DNA from: a virus
Lineage: Duplodnaviria; Caudoviricetes
Reading direction: 5' to 3' (one strand)
DNA length: 64,000 nt
Virus record (IMG/VR): IMGVR_UViG_3300028833_000112
Location: 30,212 to 94,211 of that record
The position numbers were made by a program, and so were the translations under genes. Shown one piece after another: positions 29,030 to 39,700 of the stretch. The first letter of the stretch is position 1. Every line of letters starts with the position of its first letter. The notes beneath the pieces were generated by a model. That model did not search any database, had not been told where the DNA came from, and saw only the letters and a list, made by a program, of their open reading frames with translations.

Positions 29030-29678
29030 CCCCGGCTGAATACATTGTCGCGAAAGACCGCTGGCGCGAACTTGCCGAGAGTGGTCGCCTTGACGAACAG
29101 CAACTGAATTTTCTGGGCGAAGTTCTCTTCAACAATCGCCCGCGGGAAATGAAGGTCGTTGACCTGAGTGAGTATCGTGAAAGGCGGCGGAGTGCATGAA
29201 ATACGTGATGATTACTTGCGCGTGTTGCGGCAAACAAGAATTTCGCGCATACAACACAAAGTATTGCTTCGAGTGCAAGAGAACGCTCCAACGCGAGAAA
29301 ATGCGCGAGTATTCAGCAAGACGCAGGGCGGAGAAGCGTAATGAAAATCATTAAGTCAGGCGAAGTCGTTGCTCAAATGCGTGACACACCTAAAGACTTC
29401 GAGGGCGGCTGCAAAGGCGGAGTTGTCTGGTTGGTCGTCGGCGATTCGGAAGTCAAACTCGCGCGCTATGAATCACCCGAACGCGCGGGCGAGGTGCTCA
29501 ATGCTCTGCATGACGCATACTTTGCGGGCAATGATGAATTCATCGTGCCTGAAGAGGAGACAAACAAATAAGCGGCAAACCCATAGGTCGCCGCAAGATT
29601 CCGAAAGTTAAAACTAAAAAAGAAACCGTAGGAATTATATAACGGCGACCTTGGGCTTGTCAAGTATGGTGAGGAACC

Positions 29679-31268
29679 ATGGCTAAGAAAAAATCTGCAA
29701 AGACTCTCGTGGTCAAGAGCGAGCACAGAAAAAATTTCGTCAAAGCTTTGAATCAGTTCAATGCTTACGGCTACTCGCGATTCAACGTCTTCAATGACTT
29801 CCTCCATCTGTCGGCTATCACGCTCGCTAACAGCAGCGACCCGTATAATTTGGCGAACGCAAAGGCAACGGTCGACGAACGCGAAGCTCAATACAAAAAC
29901 ATAATCGGCAAGTACAAGCCCGAACTCCAAAACTTGTTCGGAGAAATGCTCGGCGAAATTGTTCTTGAAATGGAAAGCTACTGCCCGAATCATTTGACTG
30001 ACGTGCTCGGAGAAATTTTCCACAGCTTGGAGTTTCACGACGAGTGGAAGGGGCAATTCTTTACCCCGCAATGTGTCAGCGATATGTGCGGCATGGTGTT
30101 GACCGATAACAATTCTTTGAACGCGGCAATCGCGGAGAAAGGTTTCATCACGGTCAACGAGCCGTGTTGCGGCAGCGGGTCAATGATGCGACGAATTCGA
30201 GGACGAGCAATGACGCTCGGCAGTCTCTTCGACGGGCTGGGCACATGGCAACTGGCAGCGGCGAACGTCGGGATTAAAACTTTGTGGTCGAGTGAACTTG
30301 ATTCATTCTGCCGATTCATTACGGCGCGCCACTTCCCCGATACCGTTCAACTTGGCGACATCAATCACATAACCGACGCACCGCACGTGGACATCATCAC
30401 GGCAAGCAGTCCGTGCCAAAATTTGTCCGTGGCGGGCAATAGGAGTGGTCTTCATGGCAACCAAAGCAAATTGTTCTTCAAAGCAGCTGAGCTTGTTCGA
30501 CAAATCCGTCCTCGATTCTTTGTATGGGAGAACGTGCCCGGCGCATTCAGTTCAAACGGCGGGAATGATTTTCGTACCGTCCTCGAAGAAATCTTGCAGG
30601 AGCCCGTTCCTCTACCTCGACACTGGAGCAATGCAGGATTGGTTGACGGTCGAAACGCTCAAGTCGGCTGGAGACTTCTCAACGCTGAACACTGGGGAGT
30701 CGCCCAACGACGTAAAAGAATCTTCCTTGTCGCAGATTTTGGAGGACGACGCGCCGGCGAAATACTCTTTGAGCCCGCGAGCGTGTCAGGGGATTCTGAG
30801 GCGGGCGAAAGCTCACAAGAAAATTTTGCCGCCCGAACTCGAAGCGATTTTAGTTGCACAGTCTACGACAACCACTGGAAAGACAGCCGAATCAAACGGT
30901 TAGGCGACGTTGCTCCGACGGTCAGCGCAATGTACGGCACCGGCGGCAACAACATTCCGCTTGTGACTTACGGCTTAGGGCGCGACGCATTCAATCAAGG
31001 ACACAATGCCAAATATATGCCAACAATTGAATATGATTTATGCCCCCCCCTCATGGCGCGTGGTGCCGCCGCCTGTGCCACGCAATCACGCGTAAGGCGG
31101 CTGACTCCAAGGGAGTGCGAAAGACTTCAAGGTTTGCCCGATTCATTTACGGCAGGCGGGTCGGACGCAAAACGTTACAAAGCACTCGGCAACGGTTTGG
31201 CTCTTCCTTGCGCCGAATACGTTCTGAGGAGAATCACAGAGATAATCCGAAAGGAGGCTGAACAATGA
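29679..31268 (+). CDS. Truncated N6-MTase-like N-terminus in frame with a C5 cytosine methyltransferase
   Basis: GQFFTP and NEPCCGSG, then from ATG 30210: SLFDGLG, SPCQ, ENV, QRRKRIF, RRLTPRECERLQGLP, YKALGN. Confidence 0.88.
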   Translation: MAKKKSAKTLVVKSEHRKNFVKALNQFNAYGYSRFNVFNDFLHLSAITLANSSDPYNLANAKATVDEREAQYKNIIGKYKPELQNLFGEMLGEIVLEMESYCPNHLTDVLGEIFHSLEFHDEWKGQFFTPQCVSDMCGMVLTDNNSLNAAIAEKGFITVNEPCCGSGSMMRRIRGRAMTLGSLFDGLGTWQLAAANVGIKTLWSSELDSFCRFITARHFPDTVQLGDINHITDAPHVDIITASSPCQNLSVAGNRSGLHGNQSKLFFKAAELVRQIRPRFFVWENVPGAFSSNGGNDFRTVLEEILQEPVPLPRHWSNAGLVDGRNAQVGWRLLNAEHWGVAQRRKRIFLVADFGGRRAGEILFEPASVSGDSEAGESSQENFAARTRSDFSCTVYDNHWKDSRIKRLGDVAPTVSAMYGTGGNNIPLVTYGLGRDAFNQGHNAKYMPTIEYDLCPPLMARGAAACATQSRVRRLTPRECERLQGLPDSFTAGGSDAKRYKALGNGLALPCAEYVLRRITEIIRKEAEQ

Positions 31269-32950
31269 GAATCAGAAAAATCCGCTGGTGGAACTATCGC
31301 GGGCTCGACGACGGAGAAATTGTCGCGGACGGAGCCGATGTGATAATCCGCGGGCAAAATGGCGTGGGCAAGACTTCAATCGCGTCAATCGTGCCGTTCG
31401 TGCTGTTCGGGAAGGATAAGGACAAAGTGCGGCGATACGAGGACGGCTTGGAGGTTCGCGACGACGGTCTGCTCCACGGTGCCGAAGTTGAATTCGACAA
31501 CGGCACAATCTTTAGGCGCGAGGTCGACGGCAAGGACGGGTTTTATTACGTCGACGGCGTGCTCATGACGATGACAACTTTTAATGCAAAGGTCGCCGAG
31601 TTCCTTAATCACGGCGGCGAGTATGTTCTGAATCCGTTTTTCTTCTGCGAGGGGAAATCGCCCAAAATTCAGCGCAACACTCTGGAAAAAATATTCGGCA
31701 CTGTAAGCGACAAAGATATTTTGAGCACATCCGAATTTGAAGAGTTGGCGCAAGAAATCGGCGGGCAATCCTTCGACGCATTCATCACGAGCACGCAGAG
31801 CCAAATCAAAAATTTGCGGGGAAAATTAATGGATATCCCGGCGCGAATTGATGAGATTGACCGACAGCTGGCGGATAATCCCTACGACGCGAAAGTTGCC
31901 GAGTCATTGCAAGCCGAGCGCGACGAGTTAGACCGCGAACGCAAAGCACTGCAGACGGCGGAGAACGAAGTCGCTAAAGAATTGTCGGCGGCAAAGATTG
32001 AGCGTGAGCGGTTGGCTGCTCCGAGCGCGGCGGCGAGTCGTTTGGCGGATTTGATTGAGGGTAAAGAGTTTTACTCGCAAAAAGTGGAAAGGCAACACGC
32101 GCGAGTAAGACAGCTCCTCCAAAAGCACCGCGAAATCAGCAAGCGTGAAGTGAGTATTTGCCCGGCGTGCGGTCAGAAGTTGTCGGAAGAAAAATTTGCC
32201 GCACTTAAAGAATCCCAGCTGACTGAAGTTGTCGCTGAGGGTAGATGTGAACGCGCCGAGGAACAAAAACTTGAACAAATTTTGCGTGACATTAACACAC
32301 AAATCGAGACGGTGAAAGAAAAACTCGCGGCGGAGAAAAATCCTGCCGAACAACTTGCCGCGCTCGACGAACGGATAAAAACTCTGGAGCAGCAGGCGGC
32401 GGATGAAAAAGTTCAGCGCAAAGAACGGCTGGCGAAATTCGACGCGGACATCAAAGAGATTGACCGTTGCATTAATGATTTGAAGTCGGCGGCGAAAGCC
32501 CAGAAACGAATCGGAGAGTTGCGCGCTGAGGAGAAGGAATTGAATCAGCGAATCGTCGACCTTGAACACCTCGTGCACTTGGCGAAGGACGCGCGCAATC
32601 GCAAAATCGAATTGACGGAGAGTCAAATCGCTGACCACTTTGAGTACGTGAAATTTAAAATGTTCAAGCTGGTCGTGTCGACAGGCGTGTTCGAGCCGAC
32701 GTGCGAGGCAATGCTCCATGGCGTGCCGTACTCGCTGTTGTCGAAGGGCGAAAAGCTCAAGGTGGTCTTGGACATCTTTCGCGCGCTGCAGAAAAAATTC
32801 AAGGTGGAGATGCCGTTGCTCATCGACGACGCGGAGAGTTATACGCGCAACAGTTTCGTTGAACAGCCAAACCAACTTTGGTTGTTCAAGGTCAGCGACG
32901 AGGAGCAGTTGGTTATCGAAGTGAAAAAGGAAGCGAGGCGTGCGGCATGA
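31265..32950 (+). CDS. SbcC/Rad50-like ATPase
   Basis: GQNGVGKT; coiled coil with CPACG hook; LSKGE signature; LLIDDAE. Confidence 0.88.
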   Translation: MRIRKIRWWNYRGLDDGEIVADGADVIIRGQNGVGKTSIASIVPFVLFGKDKDKVRRYEDGLEVRDDGLLHGAEVEFDNGTIFRREVDGKDGFYYVDGVLMTMTTFNAKVAEFLNHGGEYVLNPFFFCEGKSPKIQRNTLEKIFGTVSDKDILSTSEFEELAQEIGGQSFDAFITSTQSQIKNLRGKLMDIPARIDEIDRQLADNPYDAKVAESLQAERDELDRERKALQTAENEVAKELSAAKIERERLAAPSAAASRLADLIEGKEFYSQKVERQHARVRQLLQKHREISKREVSICPACGQKLSEEKFAALKESQLTEVVAEGRCERAEEQKLEQILRDINTQIETVKEKLAAEKNPAEQLAALDERIKTLEQQAADEKVQRKERLAKFDADIKEIDRCINDLKSAAKAQKRIGELRAEEKELNQRIVDLEHLVHLAKDARNRKIELTESQIADHFEYVKFKMFKLVVSTGVFEPTCEAMLHGVPYSLLSKGEKLKVVLDIFRALQKKFKVEMPLLIDDAESYTRNSFVEQPNQLWLFKVSDEEQLVIEVKKEARRAA

Positions 32951-33258
32951 GAGAGATTAAATTCCGCTGGATTGACAAACATGGGATTAACTATCGGTCA
33001 GTCCTGTTGCCCGATAACGCGGAGCAAATGCTTTACGTCGACAAAAACGATACCGAAGTCTACGAGAACGCAATTGTTTTCGAGGGCAGTAGCGAATCCC
33101 AAATTTTTGCTGAAGCTACGGATTATGCCGCCGAGTATGAGGATTATATCAGCTTGGACGTCGTAGAGTTGATGCGCAAAGACGAGCAAGATAACCCCGA
33201 ATCCTCCGAGCTCTACCCGCGCATTTATCACAAGTCGCTGACATTGGCGGAGGAGTGA
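32947..33258 (+). CDS. YopX-like protein
   Basis: MREIKFRWID...DKNDTEVYEN. Confidence 0.6.
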   Translation: MREIKFRWIDKHGINYRSVLLPDNAEQMLYVDKNDTEVYENAIVFEGSSESQIFAEATDYAAEYEDYISLDVVELMRKDEQDNPESSELYPRIYHKSLTLAEE

Positions 33259-33563
33259 GCAACATGAAGCGAATTAGATTCCGCGGAAACTATTTGGGCA
33301 GCCGCTCGCGCGTCTATGGCGATTATGTGCACAAAGGCGACAAAGAATATATTTTCGACGGGGTTATGCCTCTCCAGTGCACAGATATTGTTCAGCTGAT
33401 TGGAATTGACGCGGACGGGAAAGAAATTTACGAAGGTGATTATGTGGAGGTTGTGCACGACGGCAAGCAATACGTCTACCAAGCACACCTTGAGGGATTC
33501 GCGACGGGCAAAGACGGCATCTACCTGACCTCGAAGCAGCTCTCCACAGCACGGAGGATTTGA
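33255..33563 (+). CDS. YopX-like protein
   Basis: RIRFRG...QLIGIDADGKEIYEGD. Confidence 0.7.
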   Translation: MSNMKRIRFRGNYLGSRSRVYGDYVHKGDKEYIFDGVMPLQCTDIVQLIGIDADGKEIYEGDYVEVVHDGKQYVYQAHLEGFATGKDGIYLTSKQLSTARRI

Positions 33564-33564
33564 G

Positions 33565-33903
33565 ATGAGAGAGATTAAATTCCGCGGGCGGCGTGTCAAA
33601 GACAACGGCTTTGTGTACGGAGGACGTTGCATTGTCTTGCGCGGTCGCACGTTAATTCACGACGAGGAAACTGAACAAGATGTTGATGTTAATCCTGACA
33701 GTGTAGCGCAATTACTTGGTCACGACAGCCACGACAACGAGGTTTACGAAGGCGATAAACTCACCGACAGTCAAGGCAACAACTACATCGCGAAGATTGA
33801 TTCTGTCGTTGAGTGGCAGAGCAACAAAACGCCAGTATTCCGCCGAGTACCATTCAATTTTGCCAAAGAATTCATCGACTTTACTGTGGGGGCTAAATCA
33901 TGA
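33565..33903 (+). CDS. YopX-like protein
   Basis: MREIKFRGR...QLLGHDSHDNEVYEGD. Confidence 0.7.
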   Translation: MREIKFRGRRVKDNGFVYGGRCIVLRGRTLIHDEETEQDVDVNPDSVAQLLGHDSHDNEVYEGDKLTDSQGNNYIAKIDSVVEWQSNKTPVFRRVPFNFAKEFIDFTVGAKS

Positions 33904-34256
33904 GGCAGATTAAATTCCGCGGGGAGACGTTGGGTGGTCGTATCGTTTACGGTTTCTTCTGCTGTACAGAAGTAGAAGACGTTACACTCCCCTGCATAAT
34001 TGTAGAGGAAGGCGACTATCGGCAAGTCAAGCCCGAAAGCGTTGCACAGCTGGTCGAAATTGATTCGAACGGCAAAGAAGTCTACGAGGGTGACGAAGTG
34101 GTCGACAAGTTCGGCGAAAAATATTTGGCACAGCTGACACCGACGTTGCGTGAAAATCACGAAGGCGCGGGCGGGGTGTTCTCCAAGCCGACAGAAAGAT
34201 TTTGGGCTGAACGCCGGCAATATATGCCGCTGACACTGGTGGAGCAATGCACGTAG
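33900..34256 (+). CDS. YopX-like protein
   Basis: MRQIKFRG...QLVEIDSNGKEVYEGD. Confidence 0.7.
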   Translation: MRQIKFRGETLGGRIVYGFFCCTEVEDVTLPCIIVEEGDYRQVKPESVAQLVEIDSNGKEVYEGDEVVDKFGEKYLAQLTPTLRENHEGAGGVFSKPTERFWAERRQYMPLTLVEQCT

Positions 34257-34894
34257 AAATTTTGGCGAGCGGGAGCAGAGGGAACGTAACGGCAGTTTGG
34301 TCGGAGCAAGCGTTCCTCCTGCTCGACTGCGGGAAGCCGTTTCACTGGACGCTGGCGCAACTGAATCACACATTGCCCGACGCGATATTGCTCACGCACG
34401 AACACGGCGACCACTCTAAGGCGGCGAAAAATTTTCTGGCGCGCGGGGTGGATGTGTACATGACGGCGGGCACGATTCGGAAACTGCAGATGGAGGCGCG
34501 GCACAATCTTCACGTGATAAAGAAGCGGCAAAAGTTTACGGTGGCGGACGTCGCGGTCGAAGTAATTGGTTCGATACACGACGCCGCCGAGCCCGTGAAC
34601 TTTATCCTGCAAGACGCGCAAGACCGATTGCTGTTGCTGACGGACACGGGCGAGATACCGGACGGCATCCGAGGAGACTTCACGAAAATATTAATCGAAG
34701 CCAATTACTCGATACCGGCGTTGATGAGTGCAGAATTGAATTACGGCGGCAAGCTGCGAATTCTGAACAATCATTTGTCAATCGAGAGCGCGGAAATATT
34801 TTTGTCGAAGTATCCGAAAGCGGAGGTCAGTCTGATTCATGTCAGCCCGCGGCACGGCAACGCTGAAGAATTTTACGAGCGAATCAAGAGGTGA
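34247..34894 (+). CDS. MBL-fold metallo-hydrolase (YycJ-like exonuclease)
   Basis: LASGSRGN, LLDCG, THEHGDH, HDA, TDTG, IEANY, HLS. Confidence 0.9.
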   Translation: MHVEILASGSRGNVTAVWSEQAFLLLDCGKPFHWTLAQLNHTLPDAILLTHEHGDHSKAAKNFLARGVDVYMTAGTIRKLQMEARHNLHVIKKRQKFTVADVAVEVIGSIHDAAEPVNFILQDAQDRLLLLTDTGEIPDGIRGDFTKILIEANYSIPALMSAELNYGGKLRILNNHLSIESAEIFLSKYPKAEVSLIHVSPRHGNAEEFYERIKR

Positions 34895-35595
34895 GTAAAA
34901 TGATTGGGTACAAAGGATTCGATAAAGATTTGAAGTGCAAGGGCTTTCAATACCGTGTCGGAGAAACCTATAAACTCGACGAAAAAATTAAAATCTGCGA
35001 ACGCGGCTTTCACTTCTGCGATATCCCCACTGCGGTGTTTGAGTTCTATGAGCCCGCTGATTCGCGCTTTGCTCTGGTCGAAGCTACAGGCTTAATAGCC
35101 GATGACGGGCAACACAAATTTTGCACGGACGAAATTAAGATTGTCAAGGAATTGACGTTGGCAGAAATGGCGGGAGCGATAACTGACAAAGACGCCAACA
35201 CAGGCGATTATTCAGCGGCAACCAACACAGGCGATTGGTCAGCGGCAACCAACACAGGCGATTGGTCAGCGGCAACCAACACAGGCAATCGTTCAGCGGC
35301 AACCAACACAGGCGATTATTCAGCGGCAACCAACACAGGCAATCGTTCAGCGGCAACCAACACAGGCAACTGGTCAGCGGCAAGTGTTTCGGGAAAAAGT
35401 TCCGTCGCGGCAGTTTTCGGCAGAGATAGCAAAGCCAAAGGGGCGATTGGTTGTTGGTTGGTATTGACTGAATGGAACGACGACGGAATTAAAGACATGC
35501 AATGTTTCAAGGTGGACGGCAAAATTATTAAAGCCGACGTTTTCTACACACTTAAAGACGGCAAGCCTGTCGAGGCAGATAAGTTGGAGGAATAA
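34891..35595 (+). CDS. Phage protein with 9-aa tandem repeats
   Basis: GYKGFDKDLKCKGFQY...GFHFC N-terminus; (NTG[DN][YWR]SAAT) repeats. Confidence 0.8.
   Translation: MSKMIGYKGFDKDLKCKGFQYRVGETYKLDEKIKICERGFHFCDIPTAVFEFYEPADSRFALVEATGLIADDGQHKFCTDEIKIVKELTLAEMAGAITDKDANTGDYSAATNTGDWSAATNTGDWSAATNTGNRSAATNTGDYSAATNTGNRSAATNTGNWSAASVSGKSSVAAVFGRDSKAKGAIGCWLVLTEWNDDGIKDMQCFKVDGKIIKADVFYTLKDGKPVEADKLEE
35197..35382 (+). repeat. 27-bp coding tandem repeat, about 7 copies
   Basis: AACACAGGC(G/A)A(T/C)NNNTCAGCGGCAACC. Confidence 0.9.
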
Positions 35596-35597
35596 AA

Positions 35598-36191
35598 ATG
35601 GGAATCGGAACAAAAATGGTGGCGGTCATGGAGGAGTGCCGCTATATGCCCAAGGACGGAGTGAATCAATTCCAACATTACAGCTACACGACGGCGGCGG
35701 GCATGTTCGCGAAAATCAATGCGGCATTGACGGCACAGAATTTGTTCACGGCAACCGAGCTGACGCTGGTCGAGTTGCGTGACACCGCGAACGCTAAGGG
35801 CGGCACGGAAAAACATGCGGTCGTTATGGCGAAGATAACTGTCACGGACGCAGATTCGGGCGAGCAAATTTTTTTCACGGGCGTCGGCTCCGGTCAAGAC
35901 AACGGGGATAAGGCAGTCATGAAAGCCAACACTGCCGCGCTCAAGTATGCATACATCGGCGGGCTGTGCATTGCCATGGCGGACGACCCCGAAAACGTTT
36001 CAACTGACAGCTTTGAGCCGGTGATTAAAAATCCTCCACCGAGACAAAATTCAAAACCGTCGGGCGGCAATGAAATTGTTGATAAGTGTGCGGACTGCGG
36101 CAAAGGAATTTCTCAGAACGTTGCCGATTTCTCGGTGAAAAAATATGGTAAGCCGCTCTGCTTTGACTGTCAGAAGAAACGCAAGCAGTGA
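35598..36191 (+). CDS. ERF family ssDNA annealing protein
   Basis: KDGVNQFQHYSY...GSGQDNGDKAVMKANTAALKYA; C-terminal CxxC...CxxC. Confidence 0.85.
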   Translation: MGIGTKMVAVMEECRYMPKDGVNQFQHYSYTTAAGMFAKINAALTAQNLFTATELTLVELRDTANAKGGTEKHAVVMAKITVTDADSGEQIFFTGVGSGQDNGDKAVMKANTAALKYAYIGGLCIAMADDPENVSTDSFEPVIKNPPPRQNSKPSGGNEIVDKCADCGKGISQNVADFSVKKYGKPLCFDCQKKRKQ

Positions 36192-36623
36192 GGTAAAGTC
36201 ATGACGCCGAAAAAAGCGGCGGCGATTGCTAAGCGACTGGATGTCATGTGCGACGAACCGTTCATGTTCGCGTGCAAGGTAGGAAGCGGGTGTCACGCAA
36301 GCTGTAAGGGCAAGCGTGACCCGCAAGACTACCTGACCATGATTCTGCAGCTGATTGACGGAGTGTTCGACCGATTGCCGCCGAGACAAAAAGAAAAATT
36401 TATCGAATGGTTCTTGCTGGTGCTCAAAAGATATTTGGAGGATAACCGCGATGAGGAAGATAAAACCGAAACCGTTCAAGCCAAAACTCCGCAGAGACGT
36501 TCCGATAATCTTTTGCACAAACCTCGTGCAATATCAGATGATGTGGCAGGAACGATACGGGCGATATGCGCCAGACTCGACGGTACGAATCGACCTGAAT
36601 AAAATTTTGGCGGCGATTCAGCC

Positions 36624-37025
36624 GTGAAATGTTTGCAATGCGGTGAAGAAATTGTTCTCCCTACGAGCTGGCAGAAATTTTGCTGCAAAAAATGTCGGGA
36701 CACTTATTCTCGCAAATTAGACCAGTTTAAACTTAAGCCGGCACGTTGCGCTCAGTGTGGAAAATATTTCACCCCACGAAACAGCTATCACAGATTTTGT
36801 TGCGAGCAATGCCGAAGAGATTCTGACAATGGCAAAAAATGTTCGACACGGGAGACTACGGTCAAGAAGCTGGAGGATTGGGTACGTGAAGCGCGCGAGT
36901 GCAATTTGGATTACGGGAACTATCGTGCGCTGATTGAGAGCGGCAAGACGTTCGAGGAGCTTAAGGCAACAGCGAACACTCGGTCGGCGGGCGAGCACGC
37001 ACATAAACCATACAGATTTATTTAG
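36624..37025 (+). CDS. Zinc-finger protein
   Basis: Two CxxCG...FCCxxC repeats. Confidence 0.65.
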   Translation: MKCLQCGEEIVLPTSWQKFCCKKCRDTYSRKLDQFKLKPARCAQCGKYFTPRNSYHRFCCEQCRRDSDNGKKCSTRETTVKKLEDWVREARECNLDYGNYRALIESGKTFEELKATANTRSAGEHAHKPYRFI

Positions 37026-37039
37026 GGAGTTGCGAGGTC

Positions 37040-38350
37040 ATGAGGCTGAATGAAGATATCGAGGTTGAGAAAAAATTATTGTCGGCGTTGATGATTGATG
37101 ACGGCGTGGCGATTCCGCAGGTCGCCGATATCCTCAAGCCTGATGACTTCTCGCGCCCCGAACACAGATTGATTTACAACGCGCTGCTGACACTGAGCGC
37201 GGACGGCGCAGCAGTCAACGTGTTGCTCGTCGAACGCGAACTGAAACGCACGAATGATTTGGGTCGAGTGAATCGCGCTTACCTGTTCGGGCTGGTCGAT
37301 TATGAGTACACGACGGCGCGCGCGAAATATTACGCGGACACGGTCAAGCGGCTGTCGAACTTCAGGCGGCTCGGAGATATCGGGCGGATTCTCGTCGATG
37401 AGGCAGAAAACGAACGTCACGAGCCGTCGGAGATTCAAGCGCAAGCCGAACAATATTTTTCAGAGATGAACGCCGGGCAAGTGACCACGAGCTGGTCGGT
37501 CGCCGATTTGGTTATTGAATCATTCCGAATTGCAGTTCAGGAGCATGGAGGCGAAAAAGGATTGCCGACGGGATTCATGGACTTGGACAAAGTTATCGGC
37601 GGGCTGAAAAAATCTGACTTGGTAATTTTGGCGGCGCGTCCCTCCATGGGCAAGACTGCGCTCGCGCTGAACATGGCGGCGGAGGTCGCGAAGAAAAATC
37701 ACGTGCTGTTCTTTTCGCTGGAGATGGGCAAGAAGCAAGTGACAGACCGCCTGCTTTGTTCGATGAGCCGAGTGGACGCGACACGATTCCGCGACGGCAA
37801 TTTGGACGAGGAAGAAAAATTCGCACTCATAGCTGGCGTGGAAGAAATTTCTAAATTGAAGTTGAGGATAGACGAGACGTCAGCTATCAGCTTGAACGAG
37901 GTGAGGCGGCGCGCGCGGAAGATGAAGACGGAGCTTGGACTGGATTTGATTGTGATTGATTACCTGCAGTTGATGACGGCGAGCAAAGCTTACCAAGGTA
38001 ACCGTGTGCAAGAGGTCAGTGAGCTGAGTCGCGGGCTGAAGTCGCTGGCAAAAGATTTGGATGTGCCGGTGCTCGCGTTGAGTCAGTTGAGCCGCGGCGT
38101 CGAGTTGCGCGCGGAGAAACGCCCACAGCTGAGTGACTTAAGAGAGTCGGGTTCAATCGAACAGGACGCGGATATCGTCATGTTCCTCTACCGTGATGAA
38201 TATTACGACAAGCAGACGGAGCACGCGAACATTGCCGAGGTCAACGTGGCGAAGAATCGGAACGGCGAAACCAAACGGGTCGCGCTACACTTCGAGCCGA
38301 AGTATTTGCTGTTCAGTAATTTGGTTAGGGAGGCGGTTTGGAATGAATAA
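37040..38350 (+). CDS. dnaB: Replicative DNA helicase
   Basis: AARPSMGKT, FFSLEM, IVIDYLQLM, LSQLSR, DLRESGSIEQDAD, KNRNG. Confidence 0.97.
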   Translation: MRLNEDIEVEKKLLSALMIDDGVAIPQVADILKPDDFSRPEHRLIYNALLTLSADGAAVNVLLVERELKRTNDLGRVNRAYLFGLVDYEYTTARAKYYADTVKRLSNFRRLGDIGRILVDEAENERHEPSEIQAQAEQYFSEMNAGQVTTSWSVADLVIESFRIAVQEHGGEKGLPTGFMDLDKVIGGLKKSDLVILAARPSMGKTALALNMAAEVAKKNHVLFFSLEMGKKQVTDRLLCSMSRVDATRFRDGNLDEEEKFALIAGVEEISKLKLRIDETSAISLNEVRRRARKMKTELGLDLIVIDYLQLMTASKAYQGNRVQEVSELSRGLKSLAKDLDVPVLALSQLSRGVELRAEKRPQLSDLRESGSIEQDADIVMFLYRDEYYDKQTEHANIAEVNVAKNRNGETKRVALHFEPKYLLFSNLVREAVWNE

Positions 38351-38672
38351 TCCTGTGCACAAGGTGAAGCGGCTGGTCGTCACCGAGGACGGCACGCGGC
38401 ATTGGGTCGAGGAAGAAATTGTCGGCTGGCTGTCGACGGGACGCAAGGACATGAACGGGCGAGTGATTTTCGAGGGCGATATCGTGGACGTTTCTGTCTA
38501 TGATTGCTTTAATGATGAGTTGCACCAAGTATTTTTTCGTGGCGGGGAATTTGTGTTTGTTGGTAAAAGTGATTGGCATTGCTGGCAAGTGGTAGGCTGT
38601 ATCCCTGCGAGTCACGCAACGCCGAAAGCTTACGCGGTCGTCGGGCACGTGACGGAGGAGGGCGAAGAATGA
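38343..38672 (+). CDS. YopX-like protein
   Basis: STGRKDMNGRVIFEGDIV...VVGHV. Confidence 0.65.
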   Translation: MNNPVHKVKRLVVTEDGTRHWVEEEIVGWLSTGRKDMNGRVIFEGDIVDVSVYDCFNDELHQVFFRGGEFVFVGKSDWHCWQVVGCIPASHATPKAYAVVGHVTEEGEE

Positions 38673-38950
38673 AACATAACATTAGAATTAACGGCGAGGT
38701 CAAGGAATTTGATTGCGAGTTGGGCAGCGGGATTCTCGACAAAAATGGCCGTGAAGTTTTCGAGGGCGATAAAGTTAATGTTAAGGAAGTCGGCGGAAAA
38801 AGACAGTTTGACGGAAAAATCACTGTTGATGACGGCTGTTTCTGTTTTCTGTGTTCGCCTATCCAAACTTGGTTTGACGACGGTTATTCGTTTGAAATCG
38901 TTGAAGCCTGCGCGGCGGCGCAAGAAAATTTTAAGTCCGCGCAGGTTTAG
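38669..38950 (+). CDS. YopX-like protein
   Basis: SGILDKNGREVFEGDKV. Confidence 0.65.
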   Translation: MKHNIRINGEVKEFDCELGSGILDKNGREVFEGDKVNVKEVGGKRQFDGKITVDDGCFCFLCSPIQTWFDDGYSFEIVEACAAAQENFKSAQV

Positions 38951-39334
38951 GAGGCGATTGCAATTATGGCGTATTCAAATTGGGGAGCATTTGTCTTCTG
39001 CAACGATATTCGTCGCGAAGATAAAGAAGACAGCGTTTTATTTGACGGCATGCATGATTATAGCCACGGCGTAATGGGCGACGGGGCAATAAGAGTAAAG
39101 TGTTTCAAAGGATATTCGCCTGAAATTTTTGAGCAAGACAGCGACGGCATTCACAAAATTGAGTATGAGGACGAAGACGCGGATATGTTTGAATTTGACG
39201 TCCGCTTTGAGTACAAGGACTACAAGTTTGATTTTAAATCCGGCGATGTTTGCAAAGCGATGATGACAGAGCCTGACGGTACAATTTGGGAATGCACTTA
39301 CGGATACTGTTACGGAGCCGGTTGGGAGTAAAAA

Positions 39335-39700
39335 TTGGTGATGATAAAGATAACAGCTCCGCTAACCCCCGTGCCGTTCAAGCGGGTAATGACAAACGGG
39401 AAGCAACGCTACAACAGCGCGAGATATACCGAGTTCAAGGATGAGCTCGGCTTTTTCGCGTTTCAAGCAATGGGTGGGCGTGAGCCGTTCAAAGGTTGCG
39501 TGCGGGTGTCGGCGGAGTTTTATAAAAAGCGTCGCGGAGTGAGTAAGGGCTCGTGGGGCGACGTCGATAATTTTCTCAAGGCGGTGCTCGATTCGTTGAT
39601 TGGGATTTGCTACGTTGACGACGGGCAGGTAATTCAAGTGAGCGCGGCGAAGGCGTATGGAGAGCCGCACATTGTCATTGAATTGGAGGAAATCAGATGA
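39335..39700 (+). CDS. rusA: RusA family Holliday junction resolvase
   Basis: GDVDNFLKAVLDSLIGICYVDDGQV. Confidence 0.9.
   Translation: MVMIKITAPLTPVPFKRVMTNGKQRYNSARYTEFKDELGFFAFQAMGGREPFKGCVRVSAEFYKKRRGVSKGSWGDVDNFLKAVLDSLIGICYVDDGQVIQVSAAKAYGEPHIVIELEEIR

Noticed and set aside
35197-35382. 27-bp repeats as a CRISPR array or DGR repeat
   Set aside because: Contiguous in-frame coding repeats with no spacers; no reverse transcriptase in the window
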